NCBI GenBank assembly: GCA_977017575.1
Contig: CDRNVI010000023.1
Location: 62,001-126,000 of the forward strand
DNA length: 64,000 nucleotides
Direction: 5' to 3'
From: Paramoeba atlantica
Taxonomy: Eukaryota; Protista; Discosea
Below are positions 1-10,898 of this stretch, one piece after another. Within the stretch, counting starts at the first letter, position 1. Each line of letters starts with the position of its first letter. A program made the position numbers and the translations under genes. The notes beneath the pieces are model-generated. The model was given only the letters and a program-made list of their open reading frames with translations, made no database searches and had not been told where the DNA came from.

Positions 1-34
1 ACCTTCTCCCCCAGCTCTTTCATCAGATGCAATC

Positions 35-2578
35 GTGCCAACTTTAGCTGAAGCAAATTCTTCCGAATCTGTTTCATCTACTACTCCTTCAGTTACTTCG
101 GTTCGTGCCAAGAGAACCAATTCGGCGAAGAAGAATAGAACTGCCATGCAGCGAGATGCTTCCACGGAAGCAGCAGATGGTCCTACCCAGAGCAGATTTG
201 AAATTTCCGATAACGTTCCGTCAGGGAGTTATGTTCCTGTCTCAGTACGACGAGAGTGTACCGCGAGGCTTGAAGAGGAAATGTCGTCCTCTCCATCACA
301 ACAGGCAAGCTCTGTAAGGCAAGTAGTTCGAAAACAGCTTGTACAGGACCCAATGCGGTTTCCCCGTATTTCGACAAAATTCTTTCGTGAACGCTGCTTG
401 GGAATGGATACCCCGCCTGGTAGAACGAAAGATTTGGAGAAGAAAAACAAAGAGTGTCGCGAATACGCCGAGAAATATCCTCGGCCCCATCTCGTGAATA
501 CCATGGGCCAGCGGACTCACATAAAGTGTCGCGACTGTCCGTGGTGGAGTCATTCGCTCCATAACAACCATTACTATCACCATATCAATCACACTTGTTT
601 AGTGCGCGAGGGACAGAGAATCGCAAACGAACCGGAACTTTTTTCACTGACCCCGAACGACAATTCAATGAGTGTAAATGTTTTTGTTCGTCGCTGCGTT
701 CCCTGTCTTGTGGCAAAGACGAACTTGTCATGCAAAGCTGCACACGCTTTACTTCGTAACTATGAAGAATTACGCCCCAAGCGAGCAAATACTGAAGAAA
801 TTCTCAATGCACTCGGCAACAATCACAGGGTCATGCGTGATTGGGAGAAGGACTTGGCCAACGAAATATGGGAAAAAATGATTTCAAAAATCGATATTCA
901 TCCTTTCTTCGGGGTAGCTGTGGATGCTGGGGTTGATTCCGTGCTCAACGAGCACGTATTAGTAGGGGTGGTGTATGTTTCAGATGAGCAATATCTATTA
1001 CCACCCATGTATCATCCGAAGCGGAAGGCATTCAACGGCAAAGAAACAGCTGAGAGTTTGGTTAATACATTGAATTCTATTCTCGGCATTACCCTGGTAC
1101 GAAAAATGAGGTTTTTAATGGTGGATGGCTGTGCCGTTAACCACGTGGCCCGTGATGAGGCAGAAGGAGAATTAAAAAGAATATATGATCGCGTTCAAAG
1201 AATTGGGGAGTCGGACTGGATAAACTTCGGAAACCGGGCCGTGGACATGATGCCACACGTCTCCTTACTATCTTGCTTTGGTCATTTTCTCAATAACCTC
1301 GCGATGGATGCGATGAAACCCTTTCAGGAAACACCCCTTTTTGAACTTAAAAAGCTCTTCAGACAAACATTTTATGGACATGACAAGATCTGTACGAAGA
1401 AGGGGCGGTATCGTGGTGTGGCCCTAGACGTTCTTCTTGGATCTTTCGACGAAGAAACTAACAAAGCGGAACAATTTTTCACTCAATGGTATGGGGGGCT
1501 GTCTAGCAATAAACTGGACGATGAATATCAGACAGAGCTGGTGTGTCAGCTTCGCAGCAGCGTACAAATTTTGAAACAATATGCGCCCGATGAAGCTGAT
1601 ATAATTTTGGCGGAACTGAACGCTCAGCATGAAAATATTCCTCGCTGTCGTGACGCACTTTCATTGTATGGACCTCAAGTAATTGAAGCTGTTCGTAGAG
1701 CAAAGGATGTACACGGCATTACGGCTCCTAAGTTAGGGGGAGTTACTCGCTGGTGCCATGATAAGTTCAGCAGCATTTCCTTCTTTTCTACTCAGTTACC
1801 TACTGTTGTCGCGTTCCTGAAGCAAGAACTGGAAAACCCCCGAGTTTGTCAGTCTGTACGTAAGTGTGCGGATCTTATTGCTCGGGAAGGGGTAGATAAC
1901 CTGGCGACTTCCGCAAAATATTTTCTTGAAGAACTAGCTCCTATCCAGAAAGCGTTACAAAAATTTTCGGATTTAGACGGTACGCCTTTAGCAACGGGAG
2001 TTTGGCCAACTTTAGAAAGATTACGGAAGGCTAGTCGGGTGGGAAGCTGCAGTGAAGCTTTTGAATGTGCCCTCAAGCATCACATAAATCGACTTTCAGT
2101 TCATCACAATATGAAATATTGGGAAGACGTCATGTGGTTTGCACCGGATTTCATTGCACTACGCGCCCGGAAAGCCGGTCTCGAACCAATTCATTTCAGT
2201 CGTGCTAACGACCTTTTTCGAGGCGGTTCTCCCATTTTTCAAATTACGGAAAATGAATGGAATGAATATGTGAATTGCGTCGACTACGAATGGGATTCGC
2301 GAGTGCACAAGTGCGAATTGCATTGGTGGCAAACAGTTGGAGTCTACAAATACCCAGGTATACATCAAGCGGCGATACATTATTTATGGGTACCCCCTTT
2401 AGTGACGAAATGTGATTCTTGGATGTCGGTTATGAACACCAAGTACAACTCCCGTCAATCATCCATGGGCACTCAAACAGTACAAAACTCTATGCTGTTA
2501 CGGGGGAACTACGACAAACTCGGGTATCTTGACAATTTGGAACAGTTAGGATCAGCGGGAAATGGGGATTCGGTGTAA
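35..2578 (+). CDS. hAT-superfamily transposase-like protein (first in-frame ATG at 146)
   Basis: N-terminal Cys/His finger (KCRDC...HHINHTC). RNase H-like D motifs (FFGVAVDAGVD; FLMVDGCAVN), CxxH (SCFGH) and TRW (VTRW). C-terminal hAT dimerisation-like block (WWQTVGVYKYPGIHQAAIHYLWVPP..CDSWMS). ORF is uninterrupted. Confidence 0.75.
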   Translation: MPTLAEANSSESVSSTTPSVTSVRAKRTNSAKKNRTAMQRDASTEAADGPTQSRFEISDNVPSGSYVPVSVRRECTARLEEEMSSSPSQQASSVRQVVRKQLVQDPMRFPRISTKFFRERCLGMDTPPGRTKDLEKKNKECREYAEKYPRPHLVNTMGQRTHIKCRDCPWWSHSLHNNHYYHHINHTCLVREGQRIANEPELFSLTPNDNSMSVNVFVRRCVPCLVAKTNLSCKAAHALLRNYEELRPKRANTEEILNALGNNHRVMRDWEKDLANEIWEKMISKIDIHPFFGVAVDAGVDSVLNEHVLVGVVYVSDEQYLLPPMYHPKRKAFNGKETAESLVNTLNSILGITLVRKMRFLMVDGCAVNHVARDEAEGELKRIYDRVQRIGESDWINFGNRAVDMMPHVSLLSCFGHFLNNLAMDAMKPFQETPLFELKKLFRQTFYGHDKICTKKGRYRGVALDVLLGSFDEETNKAEQFFTQWYGGLSSNKLDDEYQTELVCQLRSSVQILKQYAPDEADIILAELNAQHENIPRCRDALSLYGPQVIEAVRRAKDVHGITAPKLGGVTRWCHDKFSSISFFSTQLPTVVAFLKQELENPRVCQSVRKCADLIAREGVDNLATSAKYFLEELAPIQKALQKFSDLDGTPLATGVWPTLERLRKASRVGSCSEAFECALKHHINRLSVHHNMKYWEDVMWFAPDFIALRARKAGLEPIHFSRANDLFRGGSPIFQITENEWNEYVNCVDYEWDSRVHKCELHWWQTVGVYKYPGIHQAAIHYLWVPPLVTKCDSWMSVMNTKYNSRQSSMGTQTVQNSMLLRGNYDKLGYLDNLEQLGSAGNGDSV

Positions 2579-3174
2579 CTTCTTTCAAGCTTCCGAATTA
2601 CTTAATGGCTCCTGATGCGAGTCTGCTTTTTTTCTGATACGTCATAAATTCATAACCCATTATAATATTGTTATATTGTATTACTGTATAATTATTTATG
2701 TATGGATGTTTCATGTATTGTTCGGAAACTGGTATTTTCTGGGGTTTTTTCCATGTTTTGTCTCATACTTCAGGACCATTAAGGCTAAACTTTTTCCCCA
2801 CACTTAAATTTTTCTTGTATTATTGCAACGCGAGATATTTTGTGCTTAGCTATACGGCAACAGTAAACGTCATAAGCTTATACTATGATAATGACTAGTA
2901 CAGTCATAATTTTCCGTATCTTTTTATTAAACTTCATTAATTACGTATTTGAACATGTTTCAAATAAAAGGTGACGCATTTAACACGGTTAGAACTTCCT
3001 AGCGGTCTGACGAACAATCTGACGACAACCATACGTTGCTACTTTCTTATTCTCTGGTAGTCATCTATTCGTCCGAATACCATAGCAAATTACTGTAGTG
3101 AAAAGAATCCGTCGATCGAAACATTTTTTCAAGTGCTGCACATGAACACAAGAATCCCCCATTTTTTTCCTTCG

Positions 3175-3260
3175 TTCGACGTCGAAAGACCCATTTTTTC
3201 GACGTCGAAAGGCATTCGAAGACGTCGAATTGCAATTTTCGACGTCGAATGACAGCTATG
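3175..3260. repeat. Array of palindromic TTCGACGTCGAA motifs; possible right end of the hAT element
   Basis: TTCGACGTCGAA at 3175, 3198 and 3238, plus GACGTCGAA at 3221. Spacing is about 20-23 bp. The array ends in GACAGCTATG at 3251-3260. Confidence 0.6.
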
Positions 3261-3372
3261 ACACATGGAATATAAAAATATTTAGTTGTGCTTAATGATG
3301 CTTGATTTACTTGGTACTAAGTTCGGGGTGTGATATTATTAGTCATGCGCAACTAACATACAATTTTCTCGA

Positions 3373-4659
3373 ATGCCACCCACTGTCAGTACGTCGTTCG
3401 GGGGCATACAAGTCCCAACGCGCGGCTGGAGATTCCTTCTTTTGCTATCCAATCTCTCCCCAAACATCACCTCCGAACATCTGGTTGAAATTTCGAAAGC
3501 CGCTTTTTCCTCTCACGCCGGAACCCCTTCTCTTCACGAGCCACTGCTTGTCATCGCAGCTCGACCTTTTACCAAAGAGTTTGCTGGTAATCTTCGTGTT
3601 CCAGATCCTGGATTTCAATCCGCTTTGAATACTTCAAACAACACAACCGGTGACAATCCGGAGGGTAAAGAACAGACGTCGGTCCCTTCGTTGGATATGA
3701 GGCCGCAATTCGAACTCCACACTTCCAAACGTCGCGATGCGGTTCGTCTGTGGGCCATTCTAGGCGGATCCCTACTGGAGGGTCGACCTCTACATGTTAC
3801 ATTGAATGTCGCACACATTGAGCCTCACAAAGATCTTCTCCCGCTCGGGGACTACCGATTCAACTCAAATTCCGATATTGCCAGCGCGGAGCGCGTCCTG
3901 CTGCGTCAACCGTTACGACTGCACCCCCTCCCCCTCACAGGAATCCATGAATTTGACCCCACAAAGGCGCCCAAACCGCCCCATGTCGATACCCGAACCC
4001 ATCGGTCTGCTGAACACTCCGAAAACAAAAGGGGTCGCTACGATCGACGCCGTAGTCTCTCCCCCGACCGACACAATCCTCAACCTCAACGCATCTCACG
4101 TTATCACAATACGCAACGAACTCGATATTCTCCCTCACGACGCTCGTACAGTCCGAGAGGCCTACGTTCCTCTCGTTCCCCGTATGACCGTAGAAGAAGA
4201 AGTCCGACTCGCCGGTACTCACCGGACTCTCCCCCTCATCTTTATCGTTATCCTCATGATCGTGATTATGCGGATAACGATCGAAGGGATCGTTCACGTG
4301 TGCGCCGACGTGAGGATTCATTTTCACGAATGAGTCCACAACGCTCCCGTAGTCACTCCAACGGGTCTCGCTCTCATCACGGAGAGCGACCAAGAGGTAC
4401 AAGAAGGGGAGAGGAGTCGATACAACGACAAAGAGAGGGGGCTCATTTGTCGGGATGCCCCATAGAGGGGTCGATGGAAAGAAACGACAGAGTCGTTCGT
4501 TGTCCTCGCTCTCCCCCTCCCTTGGAAAAGTCTCCAAGCTTAGAGGAGTGGCGGAAAGGGCAATATCCGAAATCACCTCCGCCGTTACCTCTGGGTAATC
4601 ATGGGGGTGCAATGGAGAGTGCGGTACGTAGGCCAAGATCTCCCCCTCCGCTGCCATGA
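3373..4659 (+). CDS. SR45/RNPS1-like protein: split RRM followed by an RS/RP-rich tail
   Basis: RRM-like start (LLLLSNLSPNITSEHLVEI) and end (DAVRLWAILGGSLLEGRPLHV), then many RS/SP repeats (RRRSLSP, RYSPSRRSYSP, RRRRSPTRRYSP). Confidence 0.6.
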   Translation: MPPTVSTSFGGIQVPTRGWRFLLLLSNLSPNITSEHLVEISKAAFSSHAGTPSLHEPLLVIAARPFTKEFAGNLRVPDPGFQSALNTSNNTTGDNPEGKEQTSVPSLDMRPQFELHTSKRRDAVRLWAILGGSLLEGRPLHVTLNVAHIEPHKDLLPLGDYRFNSNSDIASAERVLLRQPLRLHPLPLTGIHEFDPTKAPKPPHVDTRTHRSAEHSENKRGRYDRRRSLSPDRHNPQPQRISRYHNTQRTRYSPSRRSYSPRGLRSSRSPYDRRRRSPTRRYSPDSPPHLYRYPHDRDYADNDRRDRSRVRRREDSFSRMSPQRSRSHSNGSRSHHGERPRGTRRGEESIQRQREGAHLSGCPIEGSMERNDRVVRCPRSPPPLEKSPSLEEWRKGQYPKSPPPLPLGNHGGAMESAVRRPRSPPPLP

Positions 4660-5005
4660 GGCCGTGGGTGGAAGGGAAAACCTGTCTCTGTTTTAAAGGG
4701 GGAAAAGGGGGAGCGAGGCAGAAAATGGGGTGGGCAGGAAGAAGGGGTTACGGAGGCGATGAGGAACGGAGCGGGGAAAGAAGTAGGATGCGATGGAAGG
4801 TTTATTTCGGTGTCGAGTCGAGATGCGTGTGAGTAGAAACTTTTTTATGATTTAGTTTCTTGGTCAAGGTGAGTATGTAACCTACTATGGGTGATGTTTT
4901 CACGAATGAACAGAATGAAAAGTGTTCTCTTGGTACAAGACGATTAAAGAATGTTACGAGATACCCAAATACAGAAAGTCGTTATCATAGACCATCTATT
5001 CAACA

Positions 5006-5716
5006 ATGCCTCAGAAACAAGTGAAACTCTTCTTATTTCCGATACTATTTGTTGATATGTTACAGGCAACGTTGGCCGCAGACCAGAATTTGCGTCCCCT
5101 TCGGGCTGCGAAAGTGCGAAACTTACCCCAAACCGCTCCACAAATTGTCGCCATGATACACTTTGTGCAGGGAATGGAAGTATTACATCGTACGTGGAAT
5201 GCGGCTGTCCCGGTATGTAGATGGTCTGGAATAACATGCGATGCAGAATACAAAATCGTAAGTATCGACTGGTGTGCCAGAGCCCTAAAAGGTACAGTCC
5301 AGTTTGAAGAGTTGCCGACCTCTGTAAAACGTATTGATCTTAGTGACGAGGATGGGCACGTCTACATGTATAGAATGCAAGCGGTGAACTATAATGAAAA
5401 TTTGCTGCAGGGAAATTTGCCTCTGTACCGTCTTCCGAACACCATAAAAACTTTGCGACTCACTCGTAATTTATTTTCTGGGGAAGTTGATTTACCGCAT
5501 CTTCCGCCACAACTAGAAGAGCTGTATTTGGCGTTTAATGAATTTGAAGGTCTTGTCGAGTTCCACGATCTGCCTCAGAGTTTACGAACCGTGCGTCTCG
5601 ATGGAAATAAGAAACTTTACGGAGTTATCCATAGAAATCTCCTTCCCCCTGCATTGCAGTCGGCGTGGGGCATTACAATGACTGATACGAGATTGCTCCA
5701 CTGGATCAGCTTTTAG
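5006..5716 (+). CDS. Leucine-rich repeat protein (LRRNT cap plus LRRs)
   Basis: CRWSGITCD cap and repeats such as LPNTIKTLRLTRNLFSGEVDL and LPPQLEELYLAFNEFEG. Confidence 0.85.
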   Translation: MPQKQVKLFLFPILFVDMLQATLAADQNLRPLRAAKVRNLPQTAPQIVAMIHFVQGMEVLHRTWNAAVPVCRWSGITCDAEYKIVSIDWCARALKGTVQFEELPTSVKRIDLSDEDGHVYMYRMQAVNYNENLLQGNLPLYRLPNTIKTLRLTRNLFSGEVDLPHLPPQLEELYLAFNEFEGLVEFHDLPQSLRTVRLDGNKKLYGVIHRNLLPPALQSAWGITMTDTRLLHWISF

Positions 5717-5892
5717 ATGATTGAATTGATTGAAAAGAATGGTTTGTTTTTTGCGAGGTTATAAAGAAAAATAGGGAAGTGGAAAACGAGTAAGCGGAAA
5801 GGGGGGAAAGGAGAAAGTGGAAAGTATTTTTCTTTTTGAGTCGCAAAAGAACAAAAAGAAATTGAAAGTATTCTTCACAAAAATGGCCGACA

Positions 5893-5961
5893 CAAAAAGT
5901 ATTGTATTTATAAGTGTCGACCAAAAATTCGTGGTCGATACTAATAATACAATACTTTTTG
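5893..5961. repeat. ~70-bp imperfect palindrome
   Basis: CAAAAAGTATTGTATT pairs perfectly with AATACAATACTTTTTG; an inner GTCGACCA/TGGTCGAT arm surrounds an 8-nt loop. Confidence 0.75.
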
Positions 5962-6304
5962 GCGGGGGTGTATAACTGACAATCTCGGGCAGTTGCCCGA
6001 AAAATAAAAGTTTACTTAAACAAACACATTGAAAATATGTTTCGAAACATTCGAAAAGCATAATTCTTGTAAGAATACAATACAAGCTCCCCTTCCTAGA
6101 CGTATCCGATTGCCTCAATTATCTTTGCAAAAAGTAAAGATGTCACGGACTGGCAATTTACTGTAAAGAAGATTGCAACTCTCTCAGTATTTTTAGGGCG
6201 ATTTGTACTTTATCCTGTTTGTTTCCACTTAGTTTTTGAACAAGACGGACTCATCAGTTAGACTAACATTACTAGAATTATTGATTTAGTTCGCGATAAA
6301 CTTA

Positions 6305-7570
6305 ATGGAAGCCTCCAAGGCATTCTGCATAATTACCAATGTCCCGGAGGAGGTGACATCTGATGCTTTCATCGAATATTTTGAGAGCTGTGGAGAAATT
6401 ACTCAACACCGATTTATTTCGAACTGTTCAGCAGAGCTTTACTTCGCCTCCGCTGACTCTTTGATGCTAGCCGAGACGTTATGCCAGAGTACTGAACTGT
6501 TAGGGAAACGACTAAATTATGTTAAAGAGCATTTCGGAGAAAATTCTTTCCCATTACAACAAGTGCAACCGAAAAGCACAAATACGGAAAACACGCCGCT
6601 CACCGCAGACTCTCCACTTCCCCAGCCGCTAGGAGTACCACATTTTTCCGAGTCTCCAGTAATTTCACATTTGAGCCATATATTGGAACAGAATTCTCGT
6701 GATCGAGAGGTAGATCACACTGAACATGCAGTAAGCAATGCAAATTTCCATGGAGAAACCAAACGACGACGCAGCCCTGACGAAATAAATATCAGCACGC
6801 GTTCTCGCGAGAATAGCTCCGAAAACAAAGGAGAGAATCCTTCTGTTCGAGAAGTCCATGAAGACATTAAGGTAGCGAACGTACCTAGTAGCATTTGTCC
6901 CCGCGAACTGCATCCCGATACGTCACAGAAATTTAGCTATGAAAAAAGAGTTCTCGATCGGACCACTCTCTGTCGTAATATTTTATCTAGCGACTTCTGC
7001 CATTTCGGGAACAGATGTCACTTTGGTCACAGCTACGCAGAAATTATAGATGCCCTCGAAAAGATGTGCAAGCTCCCGAAACGTGAGTCCTCGTCAGCCA
7101 GGGCTCTCTCTCAGCTGATACAACCTCCCCGGAACCCTCCTGCTCTTCCAGTAGGATTTCACGACGAACAGGCAGTGAATAAATTATCTCGACGAGTAGA
7201 AATCTGTCGTAATCTGCTGAACGAAGGGAAATGCTTTAAGGAACAGGAATGTGCCTATGCGCACAGCGGTTTGGAAATAAAAGCAGCAGTTGAAATTTTG
7301 CAGGACTTTTATCGCCAACGCCGAGGTCAAGCATTGGAGAGTAACTTCACGCCTCCTGACACCAAAACAGGAAAAATCACAATGCTAGCCAATTTGAAGC
7401 CACCGGCTCGTGATGTTCGACGAGCGATCGAGTCGCAAATACCTAAGGACACTTTAAAGACATTTAAAAAATGGGGAAAATTGATTAAAGGGAATCAGAA
7501 AATAGAAAAACCGAAAAAAAGAAACCTACCACCTTCTGTAGCAACTCGCCCTCGTAAACGCCGAAAGTAA
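6305..7570 (+). CDS. RRM plus two CCCH zinc-finger RNA-binding protein
   Basis: N-terminal RRM-like segment (IITNVPEEVTSDAFIEYFESCGEI). C-x8-C-x5-C-x3-H fingers at TTLCRNILSSDFCHFGNRCHFGH and VEICRNLLNEGKCFKEQECAYAH. Confidence 0.8.
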   Translation: MEASKAFCIITNVPEEVTSDAFIEYFESCGEITQHRFISNCSAELYFASADSLMLAETLCQSTELLGKRLNYVKEHFGENSFPLQQVQPKSTNTENTPLTADSPLPQPLGVPHFSESPVISHLSHILEQNSRDREVDHTEHAVSNANFHGETKRRRSPDEINISTRSRENSSENKGENPSVREVHEDIKVANVPSSICPRELHPDTSQKFSYEKRVLDRTTLCRNILSSDFCHFGNRCHFGHSYAEIIDALEKMCKLPKRESSSARALSQLIQPPRNPPALPVGFHDEQAVNKLSRRVEICRNLLNEGKCFKEQECAYAHSGLEIKAAVEILQDFYRQRRGQALESNFTPPDTKTGKITMLANLKPPARDVRRAIESQIPKDTLKTFKKWGKLIKGNQKIEKPKKRNLPPSVATRPRKRRK

Positions 7571-7998
7571 ATGGCTCAACTTTTCGTAACTGCACGTATG
7601 AGTTGTATAAAGCTTGTAGAGTGTTTCAAATCAAAGTATGGAGTTTAAAACTGTAGACTTCCTCCTGTGAATATCCAAACAGTGCTGCACACAGGAAGCT
7701 TGCAAAAGCCACGACATTCAATTCGGATCTCACCCTTCCGTATTGACATTACGGAATGACATTAAATGGCATTCCTCAAATATAGTAAACTTTACTATAT
7801 TTATAGGCTTTACTAAGTAAAGCCTTTTGCCACTAGTTCAGTATACAGTGTAGATTTTTTTGTGCAGTAGAACACTGACAATAAGATCCTAATGAAGAAG
7901 ACACCATTGCATTTTTAGTATGGAACATAAGTTGGAGTTTTGAAAACCTTAGCCTGTAGCAAATTTTACTTTACTGATTCAAATCGAAACAGTCTGAT

Positions 7999-8727
7999 AT
8001 GTGTTCTGCACCATGGAATACGATAGAGAATGATCCAGAAATTTTTGTTAACATGATACGTCGTTGGGGTGTAGAAAAGGTTAACGTGCAGGAAATTTAC
8101 AGTCTGGAGGAGGATACCTATCTCAGTGATTCTTCCGTGATGGGGCTTGTTTTTCTGTTTCAACCAGCCACTATGGGGGCAAAAGAACAGAGTTCCTCTG
8201 AATCCACAAACAAGGAAGACTCCGTCGAGAGCGAAATAATACAGTCTGCCCGCAGACACATTTATTTTGCGCAGCAAACCACGAAGAATGCATGCGCCAC
8301 GCACGCATTACTTCATGTATTGTTCAATCAGGAGCACACGCAGGACACACTCAGTGACGACTTGACTCAATTGTATATGGAAACAACATCCAGTGATCCG
8401 ATTCGACGTGGGAATGCCATTGGCAGAAACGTATTACTCCGAGAAGTTCATAATAGCCTTGGTGCTGTGAACCGACACGCAGAAGGGGTCACTACAAAGG
8501 GAGATGTCCCAGAAGACTATCATTACGTTGCTTATGTCCCATTAGAAGGGCATCTGTGGGAACTTGACGGTCTGGAGCCCCAGCCCATTCACTGCGGAGA
8601 GCTCCATTCATCAGACAAGGATTGGTTAAAATTGGCCATGCGAGTGGTGTCTCTGCGAATACAAAGATTAGCAGATCGCATGCACTCTACTTTCCCTGGC
8701 TTTAGCCTCCTTGCTATTACAAAATAA
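7999..8727 (+). CDS. Ubiquitin C-terminal hydrolase, peptidase C12 (UCH-L5/UCH37-like catalytic domain)
   Basis: WNTIENDPEIF, FAQQTTKNACATHALL (catalytic Gln/Cys) and DYHYVAYVP..LWELDGL (His/Asp). Confidence 0.9.
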   Translation: MCSAPWNTIENDPEIFVNMIRRWGVEKVNVQEIYSLEEDTYLSDSSVMGLVFLFQPATMGAKEQSSSESTNKEDSVESEIIQSARRHIYFAQQTTKNACATHALLHVLFNQEHTQDTLSDDLTQLYMETTSSDPIRRGNAIGRNVLLREVHNSLGAVNRHAEGVTTKGDVPEDYHYVAYVPLEGHLWELDGLEPQPIHCGELHSSDKDWLKLAMRVVSLRIQRLADRMHSTFPGFSLLAITK

Positions 8728-8966
8728 GTTTCAATAGTCAATTTTCTGCTGCTTCATGTCTTTAATGGAATGTATTTAATGGACAGAAACTAAATATTTT
8801 TGTGCTTTATGGCCACCACATACATGCACGTAACTTTGTATAATGTACATGCACGTAGCTTTGGCCTGTTGTGCACTGTCCGCCCCACATGCACGTGTAC
8901 GTAACCGTTTGACCCGGCTATGCGCAAAATTGGGGCTTAAATTAGGGAAGTAAGGGCTTACGGGCA

Positions 8967-9340
8967 ACCAATTTTTTTCAAAAATTATTTTTGAAAAACC
9001 ACAGAAGGGGTAGCCGGGGACCCAAAGGGGCCTTTTTATGTTGGAAGAATGGTGTGGTTAAAGTCGCATGCTCTACCCATTTCGTTCTGTGGGCTATAAT
9101 TCATACCTACGAGTAATTCCTCACATGCAAATGTCGGATTTAGTGCTCTGAGAGCAAAGATACCCCCATTTTTACCCAAAAATCGACTATTTTAGGCTCA
9201 AATCATTTCGGTTTCTTCGGCTTTCCTGGACAAGTTTTCTTTTTTAGCCGCTTCGTTAAACGCGGAGGTAGTTAGCGCGCAGCATGAGCGACTTCTACTT
9301 TAAAAACAATCACCGGGTTTAACGAAGCGACTAATACTGC
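8967..9340 (+). mobile_element. Diverged partial copy of repeat family A
   Basis: Shares GCAAATGTCGGATTTAGTGCTCTGAGAG and the CTTCGTTAAACGCGG...GTTTAACGAAG palindrome with the copies at 21.1-21.7, 26.5-27.4 and 62.9-63.8 kb. Confidence 0.75.
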
Positions 9341-9367
9341 ATAGGGTGCCTTGTGTAGTGCCTTATA

Positions 9368-10695
9368 ACCCCCCCACAGCCAAAAGTCACCCCCCCCCCA
9401 ACTTTTCAGCCCAGTGTCCGTTTGAACTGATTTTTGTTGCATTTTGCAGATCTCAACACAAAGGCTTTGCGCGCTAAAAACCGGAATCAAAAAAATCATT
9501 CATGATATTGTATATTTAACATTTACCATTTTTTCACTTTTTCGCCTTTCAATCTTATACACGCTTTGAGGCGAGCATCGAAACTCAAAACAGTTTTATC
9601 AGTCATTTTTTGTGGCAAACGAGACCACGCATTGCGTATGCATCGGATGAGTGAGGATTTGTCTGATGGGGTCTTCTCGTCCACTACCTCTTGGACCATA
9701 GACCAGACGTTTTCTATGGGGGAAGGTCTGGTGAATTGGGGGGGCAATTTTTTAATAGATCTTTCATTCTATTCGTAATATACTCCTTAGAGGCGCGTGC
9801 GGTGTGTGCCGTGACCCCGTCTTGCTGAAAAATACACTTCCGTGGGAAAGATACCTTTTTTAACGTTTTAATGTAGGACATGCTCGTGATAGACGAGTCA
9901 GAGCCCAGAAAAACTAAGTATCTCCACCCTACTCCTATAGCACCCCAAACTTGACATCTAGGCGCCCAGCGTACTTTTTGACGTGGAGCGGCTCTTTCAC
10001 CGGGTGCTACCCACATATTCTTTCGGCCATCATTAGTATCAAAGATTTTTTCGTCTGTAAAGACGACGCGAGATGTATCCATATTGTATTTCTTTGAAAA
10101 GGCTACTCTTTTTCTTTTTTGTAACTTTGTGAGTCCTTGGCACACGGGCCTAGCATTATGGTTATACCCCATGATTGAAAGATCATGAAGCACCGTGCTT
10201 TGAGACACTTTAGTACCTCCCCCACTTAGTTTAGCCTTTATTCGCCTAGCCGAGTTAATTTTTGGCACACCGGCGGGATCGAGAGGGGCAATAATTTTCT
10301 TTATTCTATTTCTTCGAGATTCAATACATTGTTTTCGTTCAGGGCTCAAAGTGTATTCTGGGGTCAAGTTTTTTTCGCTAAGGTATTTTCTTACAATCTT
10401 TACTGAGAGGTTAAAATCACGAGACAATTGCTTTTTTGATACACCTTGACCGTATCTCATCCTCAATAGAACTTTTCCACTGTTTGTAAGTCCCCCTTTC
10501 GGCAACCGATATGCGGATTTAGGCATTTTTGGGAAAAAGTTAAAAAAAAAAATTTTTTTTGAAGTTTTTAAAATGAGCTGAAAACAGCGGGAACGTGGAG
10601 ATCTCAAAATTTTGAACGACAAAGCGGTGTCGTAACCCCCTTTACCCCCCCTGTACAAAAAAAAGAGGGGGGTGACTTATTCGCTGTGGGGGGTT
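9368..10695 (-). mobile_element. Tc1-like DNA transposon (~1.3 kb) with imperfect ~30-bp TIRs
   Basis: Left end ACCCCCCCACAGCCAAAAGTCACCCCCC is inverted relative to the right end GGGGGGTGACTTATTCGCTGTGGGGGGTT. TA flanks both ends and a transposase lies inside. Confidence 0.8.
9523..10526 (-). pseudogene. Tc1-like transposase with a 1-nt frameshift
   Basis: VVFTDEKIF, FQQDGVTAH, then PPNSPDL followed in another frame by SPIENVW...LKACI. GACCTTCCCCCATAG is one T short of D-L-S-P-I-E. Confidence 0.85.
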
Positions 10696-10898
10696 TATTA
10701 TACAACCTTCTGTGTCACCAACCTATGTTTTCTTAGCCACTCTCTGCATTTCGATTCGCTCTAGACAGGAGTTTTTCTCGAAGTAAGATTTCTTCGGCAA
10801 ACGAAACATCCTTTACAGGGAATGTGTTAAGTTGAGAGAGTTCTGAATGTGAAAAATGGAGAAAAGTACCGAATAATACGTTGCTTAATAATACTTTG

